DNA from: Promethearchaeota archaeon
Lineage (GTDB): Archaea > Asgardarchaeota > Lokiarchaeia > Sigyniarchaeales > SOKP01
Direction: 5' to 3'
Length of the DNA stretch: 31,851 nt
Assembly: GCA_016840165.1 (NCBI GenBank)
Contig: JAEOSU010000087.1
Location: forward strand, 1 to 31,851
Of the stretch, positions 10,505 to 18,700 are shown one piece after another. Each line of letters begins with the position of its first letter. Position 1 is the first letter of the stretch. The position numbers were made by a program, and so were the translations under genes. Below the pieces are notes generated by a model. That model saw only the letters and a list, made by a program, of their open reading frames with translations. It ran no database searches and was not told the DNA's origin.

Positions 10505-10727
10505 AAACACACAGTGGTGTAGCTGACTAAATCGAATATATAAGAGAACAGTTTTCTAAGTTACACGATATTAGACCTACAAATAACCTTGTCGGAAAAT
10601 TGTGAGTAATCAGTGTTTCTATTCGAAAAGTAATGGATTTGCTGGCACGCTTTTTTTTCCAAAAGCATAGGCTTTATAATTTTTCCTTTAAATAGATATG
10701 TAAATATGACTATTAAGACCCGTAAGA

Positions 10728-11255
10728 ATGGTAAATGTTATGACTCTGGATCACGAAAAATCTATAAAATCGGAATTTTCGCTCCCCAGTAAGGAATTGT
10801 TTGGAGAGCATCCCTACTTTTTAGTATTAGAATATTTATTTAGGGCTTATCCTAATTCAGTATTAAGTAAGGAGATTGAAAATCATACAAATCTCCCCCA
10901 TACAACCGTTTATCGAACATTGAAGAAGATGAAGATTAACAAAATAATTCAGCCTATAAGTAATACAGATGATAAAAGGAAACCATGCTATGAGCTTACC
11001 CGTCTTGGTAGGGAGATCTTATTTCAAATGAAACTATACATGGATAAAAGGGAGAGAACTCAAAAGCAATCGGGAAAAAAAGTAAGCATAGCAATTAATC
11101 AAAATTGCAAAGCATTTGAAGTTTTAAATTCGGATTTGCTTCTGCGTAGAAAGTTTGAAGTATATATGAATAAGAACGCTTTAAAAATCATTAAAAAAAT
11201 ATCACAATTAACTAATCCTCGTCTACTCGAATTAGTCTATAAGACTTTTCCCTAA
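10728..11255 (+). CDS. Winged helix-turn-helix transcriptional regulator (MarR/ArsR-like) with C-terminal extension
   Basis: SKEIENHTNLPHTTVYRTLKKM HTH and DKRKPCYELTRLGRE wing motif. Confidence 0.85.
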   Translation: MVNVMTLDHEKSIKSEFSLPSKELFGEHPYFLVLEYLFRAYPNSVLSKEIENHTNLPHTTVYRTLKKMKINKIIQPISNTDDKRKPCYELTRLGREILFQMKLYMDKRERTQKQSGKKVSIAINQNCKAFEVLNSDLLLRRKFEVYMNKNALKIIKKISQLTNPRLLELVYKTFP

Positions 11256-11507
11256 CAGATTATAGATATCTTTTAAGAATTGTCTGCCTTTTTCACTTAA
11301 ACGATATTCATATTTATCTCCTCCGAGTAGTAAGATTTCTTTGCGGGACTGGGTTATAATCTCTTGATCAATATACTTTGAGACCATCTTATGGGCGGTT
11401 GGATAGAGGATATCTAAAGTTTCACTGATAATATTTAATGTACTATTCGGGTGGGTGGCAAGATATGTTAGCAACCTTAAATGGGTGGCAAGAGTCTCAA
11501 TTCTCAT
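11232..11507 (-). CDS. Winged helix-turn-helix transcriptional regulator
   Basis: LNIISETLDILYPTAHKMVSKY HTH and YEYRLSEKGRQFL wing; overlaps the 3' end of the convergent wHTH gene by 24 nt. Confidence 0.85.
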   Translation of the reverse strand: MRIETLATHLRLLTYLATHPNSTLNIISETLDILYPTAHKMVSKYIDQEIITQSRKEILLLGGDKYEYRLSEKGRQFLKDIYNLLGKSLID

Positions 11508-11548
11508 AGTTTTATAGGGAATATCCAGAGTTTCTTTTCGAATTTATT

Positions 11549-11653
11549 CGAATTATAGAAAAGTATAAGCTTTTCAATTCATATAATCTCATTCTCTCCA
11601 TTTAAATTTTTCATTATAGAAGAAAGTATAACCCGAATTATAAAAAAGTATAA
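11549..11653. promoter_or_regulatory. Three repeated TTATA-N6/8-TATAA boxes in a divergent promoter region (operators and/or tandem BRE-TATA elements)
   Basis: CGAATTATAGAAAAGTATAA (11549-11568), ATTATAGAAGAAAGTATAA (11613-11631), CGAATTATAAAAAAGTATAA (11634-11653). Also a TTTCAATTCATA direct repeat at 11572 and 11701. Confidence 0.65.
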
Positions 11654-11747
11654 CATTTATATATGATGATTACTGTGTATTTTTTTAGAATATAATTACA
11701 TTTCAATTCATAAATAAAATAAAAAAAGCCATTTTTTTTGCTGAAAA

Positions 11748-12452
11748 ATGTCATCCCGCTCAGAAAAATATCAATTAAGGCAGAGAGATATAGAGGCACT
11801 CTTCAATTTTTTCTCGGGATTACATTTCTATATTCAAAAGGGATATTCTTCCCAAATTTCTCCCTATGATGCAGACTGCGAACTTTATCGAATGAAGCAA
11901 ACATTTGAAGACGTCTTTCCATGGACTTCAAAAGGGGGGCGTTTTAAGTGTACTAATCGCTTATTAAAAACGCCTATTCCAGAGTCGATCATAAAGTCAC
12001 TTTGTGACCTTATATCGGTGATCACCTCTTCAAAATCACCACTTACTATCCAAAAGGAACTGAATTACATAAAGACACTAAATGACCTTATGCAAACTTT
12101 TAAAATACCGGCTTTTGTGGATTTTGTGGCGAAAAAATCGGGCTATTCAAAAAGTACTGTAAAGAATCGACTTCGGATAATTAATGCCATAGAAAAAGGA
12201 ATAATTGAAGCTAAAACTATTCAGCTGTTTAAGTCCGGGGGAATTTTTCGTTCAAATATGCTAACGATACTTTCCCGTCTTTCTCGAGTGAAAGGTAAAC
12301 CTGTAATTAAAAAGGTAAAGAAGCACAATTGTGGCGATTGTGCCGTTGCTGATTTCGCAGCTCTGTGTCCCTATTGCGGGCAATTAATAATCGTATGCCA
12401 TCATCAATTAAAAGGCGAACAAGAGAACGCTTGTCAGGATTTCAGGAAGTGA
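11748..12452 (+). CDS. Putative DNA-binding protein with ParB/KorB-like HTH and C-terminal Cys-rich Zn finger
   Basis: VAKKSGYSKSTVKNRLRII HTH followed by IQLFKSGGI; C-terminus CGDC...CPYC...CHH...C. Confidence 0.7.
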   Translation: MSSRSEKYQLRQRDIEALFNFFSGLHFYIQKGYSSQISPYDADCELYRMKQTFEDVFPWTSKGGRFKCTNRLLKTPIPESIIKSLCDLISVITSSKSPLTIQKELNYIKTLNDLMQTFKIPAFVDFVAKKSGYSKSTVKNRLRIINAIEKGIIEAKTIQLFKSGGIFRSNMLTILSRLSRVKGKPVIKKVKKHNCGDCAVADFAALCPYCGQLIIVCHHQLKGEQENACQDFRK

Positions 12453-12462
12453 GGGGAGAATT

Positions 12463-12738
12463 ATGACAATATACATCAATGCCGACCGGTACCTACTTAA
12501 TAAAATTGATTGGGCTCAGCGGCAGTTAGGGATGCATGTGGAGAGTGTTCCTGACACCATTGATGAAATTTGTAAGCACGCGGTTTCCTATAAAAAACAA
12601 TTTACTTTTCTCCTGTCCTTATTTCTATCTACGATACGGCAAGTTTGCCGAGTTCTCCCAGAAAAGGATGAAATGAAAGGTAATCTGAAGACTCTCTATC
12701 GAGAATTGGAGGGGTATAAGAAGAAAGAAATTAAATAA
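12463..12738 (+). CDS. Small protein, possible ribbon-helix-helix DNA-binding domain
   Basis: GAGGGG SD, 10-nt gap after the previous gene; N-terminal TIYIN strand followed by two helices (LLNKIDWAQRQLG...TIDEICKHAV). Confidence 0.6.
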   Translation: MTIYINADRYLLNKIDWAQRQLGMHVESVPDTIDEICKHAVSYKKQFTFLLSLFLSTIRQVCRVLPEKDEMKGNLKTLYRELEGYKKKEIK

Positions 12739-12776
12739 CAATAGCTAATGAAAAAGACTAAAAGAGGAATAAAAAA

Positions 12777-13052
12777 ATGAAGAGTAATAATGATATTGTC
12801 TGGGTGGAGAGGATGGTACGCTGTTTTGAGCTGCCCCAGAGCAAGATTTTACTATGTATGAGTAATTTAATTCGGGTACTGATGAGTGATCCCTATTATT
12901 CACAGCGCAAATCATTTGTAGAGGAAGCATTGCGGATTATGTGTGCTTTATCCTATGAGCAGCAATTTGTTGCTTCATATCAAAAAAAGGAGCATTCCTT
13001 ACAAGAACGCTATGAGATACGGGCCATATTACAAAAAGAGGTTATGAACTAA
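12777..13052 (+). CDS. Small helical hypothetical protein
   Basis: GAGGA SD, operon spacing with 12463-12738; 91 aa. Confidence 0.65.
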   Translation: MKSNNDIVWVERMVRCFELPQSKILLCMSNLIRVLMSDPYYSQRKSFVEEALRIMCALSYEQQFVASYQKKEHSLQERYEIRAILQKEVMN

Positions 13053-13237
13053 TAGTGGTTTTCACATGGAAAACTGTATGTATTCCAATTTGGAGGGTAG
13101 CTATTATTAGTTTTAAGTAGTATTATTCTCTTCAATCCCGTAATCACTTATATCGAATTTAGTCGGAAATCTTATGAAATCAAGAATTTCTCTTTTAAGC
13201 CCGTCAAATTTAAGTCCAAATTTTTTGTCATTCATGA

Positions 13238-13801
13238 TTAATTGAAATTAAATTCTATTAATTTTGCTTTTATTTTAGTTTGCATTTCCTTTTCTTCAAT
13301 TTCATTCCAGAGATAAGAATTTTGAACAGAAGCGTGAGGAAGAATAACAGTTGGAATTATATATTCTTTTAATATAAAATATCGCCGTCTAAAAAGAAGT
13401 CTATTTCCATTTTTTGAGATTATATCATCATTCTCTGGGTTTGAAAAAGGTCTTAAATAATGTGTAAAATAACTTTCTACTCCCGTCCCTTGAAGAATAA
13501 TTTTAAATTCAGAGTTATATTCTAAAAGAATTTCTAATTCCTTTAAGAAATGGGTTTTCAAACATATTTGGCGTGATTTATGTAAGTTCGCGCTCCGGCA
13601 TTTTGCTATATCAGTTATATAAGATTTCTCTTTTATTTGAGGAAAAAACAATTTTAATCTCTTAAAAAGTAAATGCTCCTTTACTGATTTGGCTTTAAAT
13701 TGATCATACGCAATATGACCACAAGATTCCATCTCGTAGGCCTCGCAAGACGGAAGTCTTTTTGTATAAGTTTTTTTATCCAACGATCTATTAGAGACCA
13801 T
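13238..13801 (-). CDS. Uracil-DNA-glycosylase-superfamily-like protein
   Basis: YITDIAKC, CLKTHFLKELEIL, IILQG and LPHAS correspond to the UDG family 4/5-like motifs; the N-terminal motif A is not evident. Confidence 0.65.
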   Translation of the reverse strand: MVSNRSLDKKTYTKRLPSCEAYEMESCGHIAYDQFKAKSVKEHLLFKRLKLFFPQIKEKSYITDIAKCRSANLHKSRQICLKTHFLKELEILLEYNSEFKIILQGTGVESYFTHYLRPFSNPENDDIISKNGNRLLFRRRYFILKEYIIPTVILPHASVQNSYLWNEIEEKEMQTKIKAKLIEFNFN

Positions 13802-13879
13802 CCTTTTTAAAGGAAAAATCTATCCTTGCTCTTAACTTAATTTTTAAGTATGATTAATTGTCAATCTATATAATTTGTA

Positions 13880-15157
13880 TCAAATATATGCCCTATCAGT
13901 AGGGTTTTGGTAATAATCAATAATTTTTTTTTTAATTGAGTCAATAAATTCATATATTTTTTTATATTCAAAAGAATCTTGAATAATGATATCCTTTTTA
14001 TCACCTAAATACTCTTTATGGCTTAGAAATTCTAAGGATTTAGAAAGTCTTCTTCTTTTTCCATTTAATATCATGTTGGGCACAATTATTTCGAACGAAA
14101 AATTTTCTGTTGGGATCTTTACTAAATTTATTTTACATTTTGGATTAAAGATAAAACAAATTACTTCAAGGAGGGATTCTAATTTTCCCCATGTGATAGT
14201 TGTAAAAGGCGCATTATACTTTTCTTGAAAGCGTCTTACATTTAATATATTATATGTACCATCTTTCAAATAACCTAAAGAAAATTTTGGATCTGCTGGA
14301 TTAGAATAATTGTAATTTAGGCAAAAATATATGAGCCCACTAGGATAAATTAACAAATCCTCACCATTTGTTGGCTCATATTGACGTGTATAATCAGGAA
14401 TCTTAACTGTCTGAGATTCCTTAATTATAGAATAATCATCAATATAGTTCTTTATAATATTAGAATTAAAGTCAATTAAATTATCTGAAAGGGAATAAGG
14501 AACGATGCAGCCAAATATATAATCATATATCAAACCATCTCGACTATTTTTATTAATTGGGAGACTAAGATTTTCTTCGAGTTTATTATTAGCCCAACTC
14601 TGGAATTTTTTATATATATCTTCTAACATTTCTGGGCTCAATTCTTCTTTTATTGAAGGTTTACTTAGTTCTAATTCGAGCAGAGGCTTAAGACAATCTC
14701 TCAGAGTTTCTTTTGTGTATTTTTGGATATGCTTGCTTCCAACATCAAAGGGAAGTCTTTTTAGTTGTTCCTCTTCACAAATTACAATTTGTCTTTTCCC
14801 TAATCCAGCAGCATATCCATACTCCCAATAAACATTTAGACTTGGACAATAATCTTCGACTCCATGTTCTTCACAATATGTTTTTAATGGTGCTGATATA
14901 TCGTTTATAATCAATCGAGACCCTCTTACATTTGAGCAAATATTTTCGCAAAAAGCGTCTAGATTATTGTTCTCATCGAGTCTTTCAGCAAATATAGGTT
15001 CCAAATTATATTCTCGAACAAGATTTATAATGATATCTATATATTCTTTCCTACTTGAATCGCAAGATCCTATAATAAACACTTTGTCCTGATCCTCAAA
15101 GAGATCTTTATTACAAGATCTTACCTTAGACCAATAACAAGGTAGATTTTTTGCCAT
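13880..15157 (-). CDS. Nucleoside 2-deoxyribosyltransferase-like (TIR-like) effector domain fused to an unnamed C-terminal domain
   Basis: FIIG...ICSNVRGSRLIINDIS...NVYWEYGYAAGLGK...LPFDV signature with the conserved Glu; C-terminal ~250 aa aligns by eye with the 27112-28329 product. Confidence 0.8.
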   Translation of the reverse strand: MAKNLPCYWSKVRSCNKDLFEDQDKVFIIGSCDSSRKEYIDIIINLVREYNLEPIFAERLDENNNLDAFCENICSNVRGSRLIINDISAPLKTYCEEHGVEDYCPSLNVYWEYGYAAGLGKRQIVICEEEQLKRLPFDVGSKHIQKYTKETLRDCLKPLLELELSKPSIKEELSPEMLEDIYKKFQSWANNKLEENLSLPINKNSRDGLIYDYIFGCIVPYSLSDNLIDFNSNIIKNYIDDYSIIKESQTVKIPDYTRQYEPTNGEDLLIYPSGLIYFCLNYNYSNPADPKFSLGYLKDGTYNILNVRRFQEKYNAPFTTITWGKLESLLEVICFIFNPKCKINLVKIPTENFSFEIIVPNMILNGKRRRLSKSLEFLSHKEYLGDKKDIIIQDSFEYKKIYEFIDSIKKKIIDYYQNPTDRAYI

Positions 15158-15242
15158 TTTTTAATCCTCAAAGGTATATTTAAAATTCATTTTCTTTAAT
15201 ATTTGTTCTATTCTAAATTATTTTTCAAAAGTAATTCTTTTA

Positions 15243-15279
15243 GTCTCCTTCTGCCCATCTGGAAAATGGGTAAGGAGAC
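15243..15279. repeat. GC-rich 14-bp stem-loop with 2-nt bulge
   Basis: GTCTCCT-TC-TGCCCAT-ctggaaa-ATGGGTA-AGGAGAC in an otherwise very AT-rich intergenic region. Confidence 0.6.
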
Positions 15280-15694
15280 ATATTGCTAAAAAATTTTTTT
15301 TAACAATAAAATATATACAGTTCAAAATATTTAAGTCTATTGGTTAATATCATTAAAAATCTTATCGATATTGAGAGTCCGGATTATGGAATCCGAGAAA
15401 ACCTATCTTCCACTGATTAAATTGAACTGGATTTTAACGGGGTGAAATTTAATAGCTTAGCAGACTAAATATAATAGTAAATTTATATTGAGAGCAAACG
15501 GATAAGTCGGTTTAAAAATTGCGCAAAAATCTAATACATTCAAATTAAATGTATAACCCCTAAATTAGATAAAATTGACCACATGATTAAATAATCAGTT
15601 TAGTCACTAATTCTATTTACTCTAAAAAATAAACAAAAGAAAAATATATTGCACCAGTTTTAACGGTAAAATCTGACCCTTGAAATATTCTAGT

Positions 15695-15750
15695 GTTTTT
15701 GTTATTAGCAAAAACGGAAGAATCTTATTAAGATGTAATAAATTACATCT
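15695..15750 (-). terminator. Two tandem inverted repeats immediately downstream of the M50 peptidase gene
   Basis: AGATGTAAT-AA-ATTACATCT (15731-15750) and GTTTTTG-TTATTAG-CAAAAAC (15695-15715); function inferred from position only. Confidence 0.3.
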
Positions 15751-16594
15751 ATTTTTTTAGGAAAGTTAAATTAGGATAAATTTTATCAAAAAAAGTATTA
15801 CTTAATTTAATAATTTTAGCTGTAAAACCGATGATTATAAAAAATAAAGCAAGGAAGAAGATAAAATTACAGATTAACGATAAGATTGCAGGTGTAGCCC
15901 ATTGAGTGCAAGTTAGAAAGTCCCATGCATCTCCGTTCCGTATAATTATACTATTCCTCCAATAATTTATTTCTTTGAAAATAATATAGCTAGTCAAAAA
16001 ATAATGAGGACTCAATAACTCTATTTTCAAATTCGCATATTTAAAAAGATAAATTAAGAATAAGATTGCGATAATTATAGTTCCTAAACTTCCGGCTACT
16101 ACTATTCTACAATATATAGAGTTTGGGATATTTGAAATAAATCTAGTGTAACCATTCCCGAAGTTCGTAATATTTATTTCAATTAGTTCGACTCCATAAA
16201 AGATGCAGGTTAAAGCATGATTTGCTTCATGAATAAATGTAAAAACATACAAATATGGAAAGTATAATAAAACAGTTGATCCAAGAAGTATCGCAAACTT
16301 GATAATGAAAATATCTTCATACTTCCATACTTTTTTCTGCGTCTCACCTATCTGTATTTTAATATTAGTTCCATACTGGTTCCTGATATTGCTATAATAA
16401 CTAATTTTTAGTGAAATTGTTCTGTTTACAACAAAAGTAATGTACACTATCACTATAAACATAAAAATCACAGTTAGAAACTGTCCAATTGCTACATAAT
16501 AATTCAAAATAAATAAAGTATAAATTAAAGCACATAGTGTGATGCCATACAAAAAGAATTTTAGCTTTATCTGATTGATACTAATGATTGCCAC
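15749..16594 (-). CDS. M50-family (site-2 protease-like/M50B) intramembrane metallopeptidase
   Basis: FIHEANHAL (HExxH), AGSLG and NGDAWD motifs; multiple TM helices. Confidence 0.85.
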   Translation of the reverse strand: MAIISINQIKLKFFLYGITLCALIYTLFILNYYVAIGQFLTVIFMFIVIVYITFVVNRTISLKISYYSNIRNQYGTNIKIQIGETQKKVWKYEDIFIIKFAILLGSTVLLYFPYLYVFTFIHEANHALTCIFYGVELIEINITNFGNGYTRFISNIPNSIYCRIVVAGSLGTIIIAILFLIYLFKYANLKIELLSPHYFLTSYIIFKEINYWRNSIIIRNGDAWDFLTCTQWATPAILSLICNFIFFLALFFIIIGFTAKIIKLSNTFFDKIYPNLTFLKK

Positions 16595-17019
16595 CTATCT
16601 TCTTTCCTGATTTTTGAACTATATATATTTAATAGTTTATTTGTATTTAAGTTTTTAGTTTATAGGCAGTGTTTTTAAGATAATAAGACAGATCTAAGAT
16701 AATATATTACTTATTATGTTGAACTCTTAAGATATAAGGTTATTTTAATGAGTATTCTTAATGCTTAGAGTTGACTTCCTTAACATTACTTTAATATGGA
16801 GAACCAAGATAATTGCTTCCAACCGCGGTTAAGAGTTCCCGAAGTCCCGATCATCTCATCATGGATCCATTATTTCAAGAGTTCATGCATCTGAATCTCA
16901 TCATTAGTGACTTTTACGGTGCGATACAAAGGGTCTTTTCGATTGGAGCTATAATCCAAAAAATACACCCATATTTGGGATATAATCCCGTTTCTTCACT
17001 AATGTACCCCTTGATCTAA

Positions 17020-18549
17020 TTAGAAAAAGAGATTTAAAATAGTAAGAGAGTGTTTTCCAATTATTTTTCCGACTTCAGCTAGATATTTTCGCCTTTTTAT
17101 TTCTTTCTTTTTATATTGCTGATGAAACAACTTTAATTTCTGATAATCGCTTCCCAATTTTTCTTCTAGTTGTAATCTTAGTTGATCTAATTTTGCATTT
17201 ACATCATTATCATGTTTCTCTAATAAATCGAAAATTTTTCTAAGTAAATCAGGTTCATATTCATAGAATATAGATTCTCCCTCGTGCCTGAATTTTTCTT
17301 CGGATACTATTTTTTTCTTAACTAAATATCTGGTTTTTTTAAACTCGTTTTCTATCAAGTCAATAAGGTCTTGTTCATTCTGGCTACCTATAATATATAT
17401 CTCATTTACCTTATTGAAAGCAATACAACATACCAAAGATTCTGTAACGATTAGATTGGTTATAATACTTTCTATATTTGAGTGATAAAGCAAAATTAGA
17501 ATTGATTTTTCTTCAATAGGGATAGAATATCGATACCAACTAGAAATAATGACATGATATTCAATATTATTAATCACATGATTAAAAATAGAATAAAAAT
17601 CTGTAGATTCCTCTAAAAAAGAAAAGTTGGAAAGTCTATCAAAGATTTCATTTACCCATATATAATTTTTGAGAAGATAATTTGCACCCTTCAAAACAAA
17701 ATTCCATAATTGTTCTTTTAGATTTGGATTATATATGTTTCTCCCAATTATGTTGGGATGAGACAATAAACTTGAAGTGTCGTTTGATACGATAATTTTA
17801 AATGGCTCTTCGATATGTTCATAACCAGATAACAATAAATCTACACCAACATACTCGCTAAAATTATCTCTATTTTTAGTATAATCAAATCTCTTGAGAA
17901 AACTCTTATAACTCTTCTTAAATGAGGGAAATTTAATATGTGAAAGAGAAGGATTCTCTAGATTTTTGATAATATTGTTAGGGAAATTAATTACATCAAA
18001 ATATAATCCTAAATCATTTCCTTTAGATGAAATCCATTCTGTTTCCAGAGCTATCCCTGTTCGCATTAATATTTGTTGAATACTAGTTTCAGATAGTTCC
18101 CCAAAAATTAATTTATATAACCGGCCAAATTTATCACTATCAAATAAATAAATTGGTGTTCCATAAAATTGTTCGAGGTATAAACTTAAATTATTTATAT
18201 TTTTGTCTGACAATTTTCTAATGTTGTTACCTAAAAATTGCTGTATTTCCTTATGATATTTTGCCATCAACCTTTCAGAAATTCTTTTATATGCCAAAGT
18301 TTCAAATAGATCCTCATTTAATAGATCGAAAATATTTATGAAATTAGTCCAAATATCTTCAAATTCAGTATGATTCATATTGAACAAGATCTCCATGTTC
18401 CTCCTTACATCAAGCTTAAGATTATTCATTGTATAATGATTTTTTCTGTAAGCAATTATTCCAGTCTGCCGAAATTCTGAAAAAAAGACTAAATATAGAT
18501 ATTTAGGATCAGCTGGGATTAGTTCAATGAATTTGCGTGATATGTCCAT
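17020..18549 (-). CDS. Hypothetical protein, 509 aa, with coiled/amphipathic C-terminal tail
   Basis: Long ORF with normal composition; no motif recognised; co-oriented 151 bp downstream of the TIR-SMC gene. Confidence 0.8.
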   Translation of the reverse strand: MDISRKFIELIPADPKYLYLVFFSEFRQTGIIAYRKNHYTMNNLKLDVRRNMEILFNMNHTEFEDIWTNFINIFDLLNEDLFETLAYKRISERLMAKYHKEIQQFLGNNIRKLSDKNINNLSLYLEQFYGTPIYLFDSDKFGRLYKLIFGELSETSIQQILMRTGIALETEWISSKGNDLGLYFDVINFPNNIIKNLENPSLSHIKFPSFKKSYKSFLKRFDYTKNRDNFSEYVGVDLLLSGYEHIEEPFKIIVSNDTSSLLSHPNIIGRNIYNPNLKEQLWNFVLKGANYLLKNYIWVNEIFDRLSNFSFLEESTDFYSIFNHVINNIEYHVIISSWYRYSIPIEEKSILILLYHSNIESIITNLIVTESLVCCIAFNKVNEIYIIGSQNEQDLIDLIENEFKKTRYLVKKKIVSEEKFRHEGESIFYEYEPDLLRKIFDLLEKHDNDVNAKLDQLRLQLEEKLGSDYQKLKLFHQQYKKKEIKRRKYLAEVGKIIGKHSLTILNLFF

Positions 18550-18700
18550 TTAAAATCTTCTTTGGATTTTTAATGTCTTTAGATTTAAAATAATAATCAT
18601 GATATTTAAATATAATATTCGGGAAAAGAAATTCTTATCAATATCTCCAATCTCTTTTTAGTCTATGGCTATTATTCCGGAAATTATCCAATCCACCGAT

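Noticed and set aside
11549-11712. Repeats considered as a mini CRISPR array or iterons
   Set aside because: Irregular spacing, short AT-rich units, and no cas or rep gene nearby.
1-13052. Firm call as an Aloposon or provirus
   Set aside because: No integrase, ParA/MinD ATPase, capsid gene or att site is visible in this window, so it is kept only as a hypothesis.
14395-14402. CAGGAATC match to the element A/B terminal stem
   Set aside because: It lies inside a CDS with no partner arm or GACCT/AGGTC hairpin.
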